64,000 nt of DNA from an uncultured Verrucomicrobiae bacterium. GTDB lineage: Bacteria; Verrucomicrobiota; Verrucomicrobiia; Chthoniobacterales; Terrimicrobiaceae. The notes under the pieces were generated by a model that saw nothing but the letters and a program-made list of their open reading frames with translations, was not told the origin of the DNA and ran no database searches. The first letter of the stretch is position 1. Each line of letters opens with the position of its first letter. The position numbers and the translations under genes were made by a program. The stretch covers positions 251,909-315,908 of the forward strand of contig CAVPOC010000010.1 of assembly GCA_963706955.1 (NCBI GenBank). Direction: 5' to 3'. Positions 41,834 to 53,939 of this stretch are shown one piece after another.

Positions 41834-43768
41834 ATGCCCGTCATTGATCCAATAAGTCCTAACACGCTCCCGATGGGGGCAAACATTGTTCCCGATAAAT
41901 CCGGAGCCACCTTCCGCTGTTGGGCCCCGCGCGCGAGAAAGGTCGCTCTGCGTGGTAATTTCTACGGATGGGTGGACGGCTGGAGCGAGACGCCGCCGGA
42001 CGACGCTCAGCTTCATCGGCACGGCGATTATTGGGCGGGATTCGTTCCGGACGCTAAGGAGGGTGATGAGTATAAGTTTTGGATCGAAGGAGAGGGGACG
42101 ACCGGTTGGAAGCGCGATCCCTATGCGCGCGAACTCACCCATAATTGGCCGCATAGCAATTGCATTCTGCGCGACCCCAACACCTACAAATGGCATGATT
42201 TGGGGTACCAACCTCCTGCATTTAATGATCTTATCATCTACCAGTTGCACATCGGCGTGTTCAACGGGCCTGACCGCGCGAGGCGGGTCGCCAAGTTCCT
42301 CGATGTCCTTGGGAAGCTCGACTATCTCTCCGCCCTGGGGGTAAATGCGATCAAGTTGCTCCCGGTTGTGGAGTTTAGCAGCCCACGAAGCCTTGGATAT
42401 GAGGGCACCGACATCTTCTCTCCTGAGATGGACTATACCGTGCGGTTCGACGAGGCGGCGCAATACCTCGGCTTTGTCAACAGTCTCCGTGCTCGCCACG
42501 GCCTGCCCCCGCTCTCCCAGGGCGAACTCTCGATCCAGAGCAACCAGCTGAAGGTGGTCATAGAACTCTTCCACCTCCAGGGAATCGCTGTCCTGATCGA
42601 CGTCGTCTACAATCACGCCGGAGGGATGGTCAAGGGAGATCCCGCGAGCCTCTATTTCTTCGACCGCGCAGCCGGCACGAACCCGAACGACAGCCTTTAT
42701 TTCACTAACCAAGACCACACCGGTCCGGTCTGGGCTGTTTGGCGAACGGAAGTTCGGCAGTTCCTGATTGACAACGCAGTCTTCTTCCTGCGGGAGTATC
42801 ACGTCGATGGTTTCCGCTACGACCAGACGAGCGTCATCGTGGCTCAGAACGCAAACGATGGGTGGCGCTTCTGTCAGGATCTCACGGACACAGTGCGCTC
42901 CGTCAATCCGTCGAGCGTTCAGATCGCCGAGTATTGGAGCGTGGACCCGTATGTGGTGCGCTCTCGAGAGCACGGGGGCGCAGGCTTTGATGGCTGCTGG
43001 CACGACGGACTTCGGCTGAGTATCCGGGAAGCAGTGAACGCTGCATCCCGCGGTGCACAGACGCGGGTGGATCTCGACCGTGTCGCGGGAAATCTTTGGG
43101 CGCCTAACTTTCTGAATGCATGGCGCGCTATGCAATATTTGGAGAGCCACGACGAAGTCTACCGCGACCGCGGAAGCCGCATCCCCCGCCTGGCCGATGG
43201 GAGTAATGCGCGATCGTGGTATGCTCGTAGCCGATCACGAGTGGCGGCCGGAATTCTATTAACGGCTCCCGGGATGCCGATGATCTTCATGGGGCAGTCT
43301 TTCCTGGAAGATAAACAGTGGGCGGACGATGCCACGAACCACCCTGATTTGCTGCTCTGGTGGGAGGGGCTTGATTTCGGGCATGACCCGAACATGGGCC
43401 GGTTTCACCGATTCATCGAAGAGCTCGTCTGGCTTCGCCGACGCGAACCGGCTCTGCGTAGCGAGACCCTGAATCCGTTCCATGTGCACAACGACAATCG
43501 TGTGCTTGTCTATCACCGTTGGGTGCCCGGCGAGGGCCGGGACCTCGTTGTGGTCTTGAGCCTGAACGATTACACCTTTAACGGCTATGAGGTCGGCTGG
43601 CCGGCGGACGGACGATGGCGCGAGGTTTTCAACAGCGACGCCTATGACGACTACTTACCGACAGGCAATGGCGGCAGTATCGATGCGTGGTGGGCAGGGC
43701 GCGACGGCATGCCAGCGACCGCTCGACTAACGATACCCTCCAATTCGCTGCTGATTTTCGCACGCTGA
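41834..43768 (+). CDS. GH13 alpha-amylase family (branching enzyme/TreZ-like) with N-terminal CBM48
   Basis: FRCWAP, DPYA, DVVYNH, DGFRYD, IAEYW and ESHD motifs. AAGGA RBS. Confidence 0.92.
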   Translation: MPVIDPISPNTLPMGANIVPDKSGATFRCWAPRARKVALRGNFYGWVDGWSETPPDDAQLHRHGDYWAGFVPDAKEGDEYKFWIEGEGTTGWKRDPYARELTHNWPHSNCILRDPNTYKWHDLGYQPPAFNDLIIYQLHIGVFNGPDRARRVAKFLDVLGKLDYLSALGVNAIKLLPVVEFSSPRSLGYEGTDIFSPEMDYTVRFDEAAQYLGFVNSLRARHGLPPLSQGELSIQSNQLKVVIELFHLQGIAVLIDVVYNHAGGMVKGDPASLYFFDRAAGTNPNDSLYFTNQDHTGPVWAVWRTEVRQFLIDNAVFFLREYHVDGFRYDQTSVIVAQNANDGWRFCQDLTDTVRSVNPSSVQIAEYWSVDPYVVRSREHGGAGFDGCWHDGLRLSIREAVNAASRGAQTRVDLDRVAGNLWAPNFLNAWRAMQYLESHDEVYRDRGSRIPRLADGSNARSWYARSRSRVAAGILLTAPGMPMIFMGQSFLEDKQWADDATNHPDLLLWWEGLDFGHDPNMGRFHRFIEELVWLRRREPALRSETLNPFHVHNDNRVLVYHRWVPGEGRDLVVVLSLNDYTFNGYEVGWPADGRWREVFNSDAYDDYLPTGNGGSIDAWWAGRDGMPATARLTIPSNSLLIFAR

Positions 43769-44430
43769 TTGTCCCGCCTCCGTGGTGTCTTTCTAACGAA
43801 GCTCGGGTCGAGGATGGGTGCGCCGCGCTTCGGGTAAATCGGCGGAAGGCGCTAAGGGCTCGGTGAGCGACAAGAGAACGGTCAGTTTTGAGACAGCTGC
43901 TCTTCTAATCTTTGCTTACGTATGTTATTGGATAGGAAACTAAGTTCCGAATACGTAGCGACTACCCGAATAGCAGCAATACAGGCCGCCGTGACGATTT
44001 CCTTCGATTTCCTGCATTTTCCCCAAGATTCCCCATACCTGGGTGACATCGCCTTGCCTTGCAAAGGCACCTTCGTTTTGTAAAAATCGCTGTCGTTCCG
44101 ATCTAGACTACGAAGCTATCCCACCGAGCAGCTCGTGTGTGTCAATCTCACCAATAGCGACATCAGGTCAGGCTGGGGAAAATTAAGGTTTGTCGGAGGT
44201 GATGCCCTCACGCCGCGACCGAACTCGACGGATCTCCCGTCCTCGCCTTAGCAATTTCATAATGCCCAGACCCCTCCCATGCCCACCTCGAGAGCGGACT
44301 CGCTGGAGGTGGTTTCTTAAAGAGCTTTTACCTCTTCACCTAAGACTCCGCGCGACTGCGGATTGGACAGAATTCAGCCTGCGGCGAAACCTCATTACGC
44401 AGCTGTGCCCGACCCTTCTGTCTATCGTTC

Positions 44431-45201
44431 TCAGGGACTCAACCGGCCTTCGGATGCAATTATGGCGTCGCAAAGATCATGAATCTCCCCGTCGATCTCT
44501 GTCGGATCTGACACCGTGCGGCCAACCTCCTCTCGCAACAGTGCGGTATAGCGCTTTCGCAACCGATGGATCAGTGTTTTGACAGCGCCGATGCTGACCT
44601 CAAGCCGGTTTGCCACCTCGTCATACGAGGGCGGAGCGCGGCTGTTGTTGGGGTCCAGAAAGACCTTCAACGCTTCGAACGTGGACGTTTTCTCTGCCGT
44701 GTCATACTCTTGGCGCAGTTTTTCTAGCGCTTCTCCCAGGACCGTCATCGCCCAGCGGGCATCGAAGATTTTCCCGGCTGTCGAAAACTCGACCGGTTCG
44801 CGTTGGTAGCGTTCTTCCGCATCCGCGGCATCAAGTCGGACGAATTCCTTGTCTCCGCCTCTCTTAAGGCGGCGAGAACGCTCGTAGGCATCTGAAATGT
44901 GGTTCTGGAAAGAGGCTAGCAAGAAAGAGCGAAATTTGCCTTTGAGCCGATCGACGCCGCCAAGCGCCCGGTGCTCCAGCAGGTGCAGGAAAAACCCTTG
45001 GGTTAGATCCTGAGCGTCTTCCGGCGAACACCCACGTCGCCGAGCGAAAACATAGAGCGGATACCAATAGAGTCGGCACAACTCGGCTAAGGCTTCCTGC
45101 CCCCCTTGCGCCTGACTTTGCGCCGCGGTCATGACAATCGTCCAGTGCGTGGTGTGAAAGCTCGCCGCGCCCTCCATTGGCGGACCATGTTCGCGTTTCA
45201 C
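44431..45201 (-). CDS. ECF RNA polymerase sigma-70 factor (kinase-associated type)
   Basis: FHTTHWTIV, LCRLYWYPLY, DAQDLTQGFF, GKFRSFLL and VKTLIHRLRKRY motifs. Confidence 0.92.
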   Translation of the reverse strand: MKREHGPPMEGAASFHTTHWTIVMTAAQSQAQGGQEALAELCRLYWYPLYVFARRRGCSPEDAQDLTQGFFLHLLEHRALGGVDRLKGKFRSFLLASFQNHISDAYERSRRLKRGGDKEFVRLDAADAEERYQREPVEFSTAGKIFDARWAMTVLGEALEKLRQEYDTAEKTSTFEALKVFLDPNNSRAPPSYDEVANRLEVSIGAVKTLIHRLRKRYTALLREEVGRTVSDPTEIDGEIHDLCDAIIASEGRLSP

Positions 45202-45315
45202 GGGGAAGATGTCTTTAGTGATTATAACGCGGAAAAGCGAGTTTAGGAACAAAATTCTAAAGTCACCGCGCTGCGAGATGAAGACAACCAACCTCTTGGC
45301 CGCCGCTGCGAACGC

Positions 45316-45920
45316 ATGAGAGTTCGCCCCAGGGCTGGAACCGCATCGCGCGGGGGGTGTTGGCGGCACGGCAATTCGACATATGGGAGAACGCCCGACT
45401 CTTTGCACTGTTGAATCTAGCGATGGCCGACGGCTACATCGCCGGCTTCGATAGCAAATACCACTGCAACTACTGGCGCCCGGCCACTGCCATCCGTGCA
45501 GGTAGCGATAGCGAATGGCTGAGTTACCTTCCGACCCCGCCGGTACCGGATTACCCCTCGACTCATACGGTGGAGGGGGCTGCTGCGGCTACGGTGATGG
45601 CCCGGTTCTTTAACACAGACTTTATCAGTTTCTCGATGACCAGCGGGCCCCCCTATCCGGGCATCACGCGCAAATTCTGGAGCTTCTCGGAAGCGGCGCG
45701 AGAAAATGGTGCGTCCCGTATCCTCTGCGGGATTCACTTTTCGACTGCGGTGAACGCCGGCTATGTCCAGGGCGAACGCATTGGGGAATGGGCTTTCGAA
45801 AACGCATTGCGGCCCGCAAAGGCTCAGCAGGCAATCGCTGCCTCTCCCGTTTCGGAAAAGCGGAACACTGAAGCTGCGGAGCATCAGGACATTGGCCAGT
45901 CACTCTCGGACAGCCAGTAG
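45316..45920 (+). pseudogene. 5'-truncated duplicate of the vanadium haloperoxidase/PAP2 gene
   Basis: Near-identical inverted copy of the 3' part of 59403-60737; lacks the N-terminal half. Confidence 0.85.
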
Positions 45921-46636
45921 ACACCCGATCAAAACCCCGCGTCGCAACCCAGGAGGATGGAACTAAGAGAATTTGTGCAAGAAAGATCGAAATCCAAACT
46001 TTCCACGGATGAAAGAACTACGCTTGCCGAGTTTGTTTTGCAGCTTCGTTCATCGTTGTTGGACTCCATGCAGTTAGCGCTTGGACCAGCTAACGCAGAC
46101 TCCTTTCCAAAACAGCGCTGAAAAAGTGGCCAATCGTTCTGGCTCAGAACCTCTCTTCAAGAGGAAAGGCACTGGAGAGCGAAAATATCGAGTGATAAAG
46201 GAACGATTTTAATTTGGTGCCGACACGGTCGCCTACTTCAAAGAAAGAAAGCGGTTAGGAGGAAACCGCGAACCAAGAGCACCCATCAGGACGCTGGGTG
46301 CTTATTTGCCTCTGCAGAGTTTGAAAAAGACCCCCTGAAATATGCCCACAGTATGGCGCTCGACCAAAAGCCTTGGCCGTTTATAATGGGAAGCTTTACA
46401 TCTGCGGGAATGAGGCCGCATTAACGAAGTTGATGGCTGGCATCGACGGGAATATCGAAAAGGCAGACAGGCGGTGGCGACGCATCAGTAAGCTCTGGTC
46501 TCAGAATTGCTGAGTTGCTCAAATGGCATTCCCGCGACAGGTCGGCATTGGATATTTTTCGAAATGAAGTCATCCGCGTGTTCGACTTCACGTCATTCGC
46601 TACTGCCCTTCATACTGTTCTGCTGGCGAAGATACT

Positions 46637-48685
46637 CTATTCCCAGATCCCGCGGATCGATTTCTGTATGTCGGTGACGCGGACTGAGGCTGTGATCTTG
46701 GGTTGGGAGGCGCCCTGAGCTCGGCGTTCGAGCTGGAAACAAGACTTCAGTTCGCGAGGGATAAAGCGGGTCAATTGCGAATATGTGTGAGTGTCGCCTC
46801 GCCGCCCTTTCGCGTAATAGCGCAGAGGATGCAACACATAGAGATGCTGTCGGGCCCGCGTGCACGCAACGTAAAGCAACCTGCGCTCCTCCTCAATCTG
46901 AACAGCGTCACCGGTGGTCATGTCGCTGGGAAGGATACCGTCGGAGACATGGATCACGTAGACCACATCCCATTCGCATCCTTTGGCCGAATGGATGGTG
47001 CTCACTGTGAGCCAGTCATCATCCTTGGAGGGCGGTCCTGCAAGATCGCCGGTGGCTTGAGGGGGATCCAGCGTGAGTTCGCTTAGAAAAGCCTGCCGGC
47101 TGGAATAGGCGGAGGAGATTTGCTCGAGCTGCTCCAGATCGCGCTTACGAGGATCCGCATTCTCGTAAAGTCGCTCCATGAGCGGCTCGTAAAAGGACCG
47201 GATCCGTTCGATATCCGAAGCTACGGTTTCGGTGGTGTTCTTCCTGGAAAGCGACCGGATCAGATTCGCCAGTTTGATCAGCTCGGCTTGCACGGAAGCT
47301 GGAGCGTGGACCCATTTCAATGCCGCGACGTCGCCCCCCGACTTAGCAACAGCTTCGCAGGCGCGCTTGGCCAGGGCCGGGCCGACCCCTTCGAGAAGAC
47401 GCAGGATGCGCATCCAGGCAAGCTGGTCGCGCGGATTCTCGAGCACCCGCAGGAAGGACATCAGATCCTTGATGTGTGCAGCTTCGAGAAATTTCAGGCC
47501 GCCATACTTGCGGTACGGAATGTTGCGGCGCGTCAACTCGACCTCAAGATGATCCGACCAATACGCGGTGCGCACCAAGATCGCCTGGCGCCGGAGACCC
47601 AGGCCGTTCTCATTATGCTCAAGAACCTTCTCTACTACGAAGTCGGTCTGATCCTCCTCCCGCTCACAGGTGATGAGAGCCGGCTTTAGGCCATTGCCTT
47701 TCACCGAGCGCAGTTCCTTCGCATGGCGCTTGGGGGAGAGGCCAATAATGCGATTGGTGGCGTCGAGGATCGGCTGGGTGGAGCGATAGTTGGTTTCGAG
47801 CGTGACCACCGTCGCGCCGGGAAATTCGGCGGGGAAATCGAGAATGTTGCGCACCTCGGCGGCGCGGAAGCTGTAGATGCTCTGCGCGTCGTCACCCACA
47901 ACGGTGAGGTTGCGATTGAGCGACCTCATGCGATGGAGAATGGAGGACTGCAGCCGGTTGGTATCCTGATACTCGTCCACGAGGATGTGATTGAACCGTT
48001 CGTTCAAGAGAGTGACGAGCGTCTCGTCGCCAAGCAGGTGAAACCAGTAGAGGAGGAGATCGTCATAATCGAGCACATGCCGCTCCTGCTTTGCTTCGGT
48101 ATACGATTTGAAAAGTAGCCGCAGTTCCTGCTCCCACTCGATGCACCACGGAAAGAATGCCGCCAGTATATGGTCGAGGCGATCGGAACTGTTGACACAA
48201 CGGGAGTAAATCGAGAGACAGGTCTGTTTCCGGGGGAACCGTTTATCTTTCGAGCCGAAGGCGAGATTGTAGCGAGACGCGTCCATCAGATCCTCGGCAT
48301 CGGATTGATCCATCACGGTAAAATCCGGGTCGAGCCCTATGGCTTCCCCGTAGGTGCGCAGCAATCGATTGGCAACGGAGTGAAAGGTGCCGCCCCAGAC
48401 GGTTCCGAGCGTGCGGCTTCCGGTCTCACCCAATGCTCTCCTCGCCCGGCGCAACATCTCGTCTGAAGCCCTGCGCGTGAACGTGAGAAGCATGATTCGG
48501 CCCGGATCGATGCCCTGTGACACAAGCCAAGCCACCCGCGCCGCGAGAGTTTTGGTCTTGCCCGTACCGGCTCCGGCAATGGTAAGAACTGGGCCCTCTC
48601 CCATAGTGGCAGCGCGAAGTTGTTCAGGGTTTAGATCGTCAATCCGCCATTCGGGCATCGTCCCGTCGAGGATACGTGCCACCAC
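46637..48685 (-). CDS. UvrD/REP family ATP-dependent DNA helicase
   Basis: AGAGTGKT, LTFT, VDEYQD, VGDDAQSIYSFR, NYRS, STIHSAKGCEW and EERRLLYVACTRA motifs. Confidence 0.95.
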   Translation of the reverse strand: MVARILDGTMPEWRIDDLNPEQLRAATMGEGPVLTIAGAGTGKTKTLAARVAWLVSQGIDPGRIMLLTFTRRASDEMLRRARRALGETGSRTLGTVWGGTFHSVANRLLRTYGEAIGLDPDFTVMDQSDAEDLMDASRYNLAFGSKDKRFPRKQTCLSIYSRCVNSSDRLDHILAAFFPWCIEWEQELRLLFKSYTEAKQERHVLDYDDLLLYWFHLLGDETLVTLLNERFNHILVDEYQDTNRLQSSILHRMRSLNRNLTVVGDDAQSIYSFRAAEVRNILDFPAEFPGATVVTLETNYRSTQPILDATNRIIGLSPKRHAKELRSVKGNGLKPALITCEREEDQTDFVVEKVLEHNENGLGLRRQAILVRTAYWSDHLEVELTRRNIPYRKYGGLKFLEAAHIKDLMSFLRVLENPRDQLAWMRILRLLEGVGPALAKRACEAVAKSGGDVAALKWVHAPASVQAELIKLANLIRSLSRKNTTETVASDIERIRSFYEPLMERLYENADPRKRDLEQLEQISSAYSSRQAFLSELTLDPPQATGDLAGPPSKDDDWLTVSTIHSAKGCEWDVVYVIHVSDGILPSDMTTGDAVQIEEERRLLYVACTRARQHLYVLHPLRYYAKGRRGDTHTYSQLTRFIPRELKSCFQLERRAQGASQPKITASVRVTDIQKSIRGIWE

Positions 48686-48772
48686 GCCCGACGTCCAGCC
48701 AATGAGGGGAGGTTGGCGCAGGATAGCAGAAGGAAGACAGGCGGCAGCGGTCCTACCAGTGCCGAAGGTAAG

Positions 48773-51700
48773 TCAACAAAGGGGTAGTCGAAATCCAGGT
48801 CCTTCTAACCCACTCGCTTTTTGGCGGCGGTATTCCGCGTAGGTTGCTTCTGCGCGTGTCGCCAGTGAAATCGACTTCTGCTCCTTTGCGGTACGGATGG
48901 CTTCGCGGAACGAAACCTCGATTTGGTGCTCGTCCGCACGCAGAACCACAAGAAAGACACCGCGAAGCCGGTGCAGTTCGGCACACCAATGGCGATCTTC
49001 AGATCTTTCGACCACCGCTTCCGCCTCGCTTATCGCCTCAAGAGCTTCGGAGGTACGATCCGCGAGGTGCAGGGCTTCGGCCTTTAGTGCGAGATAATAT
49101 GGCACGACGGCAGTCATCGCGCCGGTTGCCCGCCAGTCGTCTATCCCGTCCTCGATCCAGGCAAGACCTTCCGCGGTGTCACCGGAAGCGCTGCGCATCC
49201 AACCGCGAAGAATCTCTCCTCCAGCCAGAAAAAACAGAAAATTTTGACGCGTTGACAGCTCAATCAAATCCGATGCCAAGCGTTCGACTTCAGCAGGATT
49301 ACGCTGATAGTGGGCGAGAATCCCGGCATTCCACAGAGCCACAGCTAATGCATGCATATCATTTAGCTCCTTCGCTAACGCGATGGCTTCCGTCATGGTC
49401 GCTTGGCATGAGGCGATCTCTCCGAGATGCCACTCGCATAACGCTTGATAGCACACACAAGTGACGGCCGGCGCAGTGATCTCTTCGACCGGAGACTGCA
49501 CGGTGCCAGAGCGCCAGATCTCAATACCATGCATCGCGTATTCTCGGGCGGCCTCGAAATCGCCCGAATAATAGAGCGTGGACGCCAAAGCGCGATAGGC
49601 TCCCATCATTAACGCAGGGTCATTCTGGTCCTGCGCCAGTGAGAAAACTCGCTTAGCGATCTGCATCGTTGCACTCAGCTTGTCAGTGACGAGGGAATAG
49701 CGCCATAGACCTCTCAGTGCGGAAAACAAGACCAGGGGGCGATTAAGCGAATCGCACAGGGATTCAGCGCGTTCGTAACATGTTCGCGCTTCCGGTTCAG
49801 CGAAGCCTCGCGTGGCCGTTAGATATAGCCCCGCCTGCATAAGAATGAAAAGCTGGTCTTCTGGAGTAAGACTCTGTCCCTCGAGGCCCTTTTCCACTGG
49901 TGAACCCCAGCGTCCGTGTTGGAAGAAATGAAGCAAAACCGAGAGCAATGCTCCTCTGGCTCCGAGAGCCTTAGCAGCAAAGAAGGCATCTCCCCGCTGA
50001 ATCCGCGGAATATAAACTTCACGCAGAGCTTCGCGAAAGAATCCGGCATTGCAGCCGCAGATTACAGCTAAGAAAAGTGGCTCCATGTCCCTAAAAGTAT
50101 CCGGCAGCTGGGGCGCAAGCGTTCGATAATAGTTAAAGAGTCGCCTATTGCATTCCTTCCATGCCTTGGTTCTTTGACTCCGAAGCTGTTCGCCAAAGTA
50201 TTCACGAACGAGAGGATGCGTATCCAAATGCCCAGGATTGTGAGGATCTTCTCGCGCGAGGAGCCTCGCTCTTCTTAATCTTGTAAGAATCATTCGCCAC
50301 TCGCTCGGGCTCAAATTCGTTAATGACTCAGTAAGGCCCGGGATAGCAGGTGATTTCAGCAGGACTCCAAGCGCCTTTTCGTCAGCGGGCCGATCAAACA
50401 GGCCTAACATGCGGAGAACGGAGAGCTCAGAACCCTCTCCAAACCAGGCTTGGTAAGATTCCATGACTTTTCGAGCATGGACTCCCTGTCGTGCGTCGTG
50501 TGCGAGACGTTCTGAGACTTCTCCGCGGCAACGAATGTCTCCATTATAGGCATCGGCCAGATAGCTGCCTAGCAGGGTCAGGGCAAGGCAGTGGCCGCGG
50601 AACTCGTCGCTGGCACTTCGCAACTCCTCTTCGTGACCCCTAACGCCCAGCGCTCGGAGCAGCCTTGCACCGGCCTCGCCGGAGAGTTGGTCCAGGTCGC
50701 GACGCGGGGCTGCGGTGCCCTCGTGATCTGCAATATCAGCGACGGGAATCCGGGTTGTAATTACACAAAGCCCCGTATTGAAGGCAGCAAGCTCGCGCAG
50801 AAGCCCTTGGAGGGAAGGATCGCGAAGCCGTCCTTCTTCTGGACCAGGCGGATTCTGGAGCGGCTCCAGGCCATCCAGAACCAGTAGGGTTCGGCGATGT
50901 GCGATGAGTTTCGCCAATCTTTCGCCCTTCTCCCATGCCGTTCCTATCCGTGGATCTGGATCTCCAAACCAAGTTAAAGCAGCGTTAAGAAATTCATCTG
51001 CGGAGGAGGTGCCCCCGGAAGTGCCCTGCCGGTAAAATGACCAACCAAAAACCAGCTCAGCAGAACGATAGTGTTGGGCGGCCATCGCTCTGAGCCAATG
51101 GTTGACGAGTGTCGACTTCCCGACACCTGCCCACGCCACAATCGTGACGATATTTGTATCCTCGTTTGCCCAACAACCATCCAAGAAAGCGATGTCATCC
51201 TCCCGCCCAAAAATATCGCTCCCTGTAACTGGCAATCTGCCTATTGAGATGTGCTCCGGTCCCAGTCTTCCAGGCGGCTTCCGAGCAACCGAATAGGAAT
51301 CTCCGTCGGGCATCTGCCCCAATCTCTGATAAGTAACAGTTCGGCCTTCGTCGATAGCGCCCGTTATCGTCTGCAACGCCTTCAGAAGGTCGGCCGGTGT
51401 CTGAAAACGCCGCTTGGGATCTTTATCGAGCAGCACTTCAATGAGGCTGACGACCGGCTGCGGCACACTTTCGAGTTGCTTAAGTGGTAACGGTGCATGC
51501 TGATGCTGAAACATCACCTCAGCAGGTGAACCCCTGAACAGCACATGGCCGGTCACCATCTCCCAGAGTGCCACCCCTAATGAGTAGAGATCCGAACGGA
51601 TGTCTGCGCCGACTCCGGCAAACTGCTCGGGACTGGCGAACTCCGGTGTCCCGGCAAAGCCGCCGGGTATCTGAAATCGCAGTCTGAGAGCCGGCTTCGT

Positions 51701-52361
51701 TGACCACCTTTGCCAGGCCCAGGTCGATGATTTTCGCGCTCACCGCGCCTTCATCCTCGAAGTTCACCATGATATTGCTCGGTTTGATGTCCCGGTGAAC
51801 GAGGCCCTTCTTGTGCACTGCAGCCAAACCGGCGGCGACCTGCGCCGCAATTTTCAGCGCCAAATTTACGTCAAGGCGACCCGTGCGTCTGACGAGGTTC
51901 TCGAGCGTTTCCCCCTCCACAAACTCCATCGCGTAGAAGTAGTTCCCGCCGCTCTTGCCCAAATGGAAGACCGAAGCAACGTTCGAGTGGCGCACGCTAG
52001 CCGCCGCACGCGCTTCGCGCAAGAAACGAAGGCGCGCCGATTCGTCACCGAGATACTTTTCACTGATGACTTTCAATGTCACGGGGCATCGAAGATCGAC
52101 GTCGAACGCTTTGTAGGTTACGCCCATCGCGCCGCGACCCAGCTCGACCGGTCTCCCGTCTTCGCCGATTAGTAGCTCATAATGCTGAAATCGTCGTGCC
52201 ACGTCTTGCGATTTCGGCTTGGTCACGCGGTCAGAAGAAGACTCGCCGGACGCAACGTCATCAGCGAGTGCCCCGTGCAGCATGCACACCGGACAGAATT
52301 TCGTTGCTCCGGAGAACTCATTGCCGCAACTCGGGCAGATGCGCCTGTCCTCCGTTTTCAT
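48773..52361 (-). CDS. Ser/Thr kinase - STAND NTPase - TPR protein, paralog 2, one frameshift near 51670
   Basis: Same domain order and motifs as 31963-35557; N-terminal CPSC..CPVC zinc ribbon. Confidence 0.88.
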
Positions 52362-53049
52362 GGGCCTAACCGCCCTTCGGATGCAACCAAGGCGTCGCAA
52401 AGAGTCCAACGTGTAGCGTGAAAGCTCGCAGCGCTCCCGCCGGCGGACCATGTCGCGTTTCACCAAAGAATCAGTCGTTAACCAACAATAGCGGGTGAAA
52501 GCGTGTTTAGGAATGAAATTCCCGAACCCGCTGGATACCGGAAGAACCCACAAGAATGTGGAATCGCACAATCGGAGCGGGGTGCGGCTGTGAGCGAGGA
52601 TTCACCTCCAGACGTTGCCCGCCAGCCGAAGAGCGTCACCTCTCGCAGAATACATTGACCGCGTACGGAAGCGCTTCTCATCCTTCTCTTGCCGGAGCCC
52701 AGCAGCCGGATAGCGGCACGATTGAGTTCGGAGGAGCACGGGCGCCTGGCCAAATACCTCCGTCAGGTATGTCGTCCAAGCGACGAACGCGCTAGCGTCC
52801 ACGGCGAGCGCGATCGTTGATCGGCACTTCTCGGCGGACGCTCTAAGAGAGCGATGTGCCAAAAAGCGAGCGGGTCAGGAGGACGTGGATGCCGGCCACC
52901 TCTTTCGTAATTTCTCGCAGAGGAATCCGCGGGCGGACGTCCGCTCACCATCCAAGACCGCAGAAGGTGGCAGAGATCACGCCTTTTGGCACCACCGTCT
53001 GCAATTTATAGGAGCCCTCACTGGAGGCGAATTCCTGACAGGAAGAGCC

Positions 53050-53541
53050 CTATTTAGCCGCGGCGACGTTGATTACAGAAGTTGCGAGCTTGGTGAGCCT
53101 TTTGTCCGTATCGGACTCTTCGGTAAATGTCGTCTGAAGTAGTTGCGTCCCTTCCTTATCACCCAGCAATTGGGCATAGGTTCGAGCGCACCCATAACCA
53201 GCCATTTCGTAGTGTTCGACCCGTTGGGCAGCGGCAATGAATCCGGCATCTCGTACTTCATCATCTGCCTCTTCCTCTATCATCTCCGCGCCCTCCTGTA
53301 GCACCCCTTCCATACCTTTGCACTTGGGGCCGCGCGTCGTCTGACTATGGCTGCTGAGAATCTTTTCCAAACGAACTGCATGTTCCTTGGTCTGTTCAAG
53401 ATGATCCTTAAAGCCAGCCGCGAGTTGCTCGTTGCTCGCCGCTTTGACCATCTTGGGCAAAGCCGCAATGATTTGTTTCTCCGCGCTGTAGAGATCCTTT
53501 AACTCGTGAATGTAAAGGTCTTTGAGGGTATTAAGTTCCAT
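53050..53541 (-). CDS. DUF892 / YciF-like ferritin-like protein
   Basis: ELKDLYSAEKQI, HLEQT..H, CKGMEG and AAQRVEHYEMAGYG motifs. Confidence 0.92.
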   Translation of the reverse strand: MELNTLKDLYIHELKDLYSAEKQIIAALPKMVKAASNEQLAAGFKDHLEQTKEHAVRLEKILSSHSQTTRGPKCKGMEGVLQEGAEMIEEEADDEVRDAGFIAAAQRVEHYEMAGYGCARTYAQLLGDKEGTQLLQTTFTEESDTDKRLTKLATSVINVAAAK

Positions 53542-53939
53542 ATTCTGTGTCTGGTGTTTAAACGAATCGATATTGCCAGGTCGCCTGGCTTTACTCATTG
53601 CGGTGGTGCTTCACCACGTAGTCTGAGCGAACTAAAGAAGCATCAGAAATTTGCGCAAGCGTGCAACCTGGCGTGCTGAGAATGACGGTATCGAGGGATC
53701 ATGCCCCGCGGCGGCGCCAACTCCTGTAGGCAGGCAAATAGCGGGTGACTGGTCTCTCGAATGACGCCTTTTGAGCTCACGTACACGAAAGGCTCAGAGA
53801 TTGCATGCTCGATCAATTGAAACACACGGGGCGAATTTCCTTGAGCTCTTGAAAGGAAACGCAAACCCGCACGCTTCAAAAGCAACACCCGCCGAGAAAG
53901 CAACGCTCTTTGGACGGGGGACAGTAGTCTGGGGGAAGG

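Noticed and set aside
41828..43150. Long antisense ORFs (440 aa here; also 40193-40954 and 20693-21427)
   Set aside because: Shadow or alternative frames of GC-rich genes with clear family motifs in another frame.
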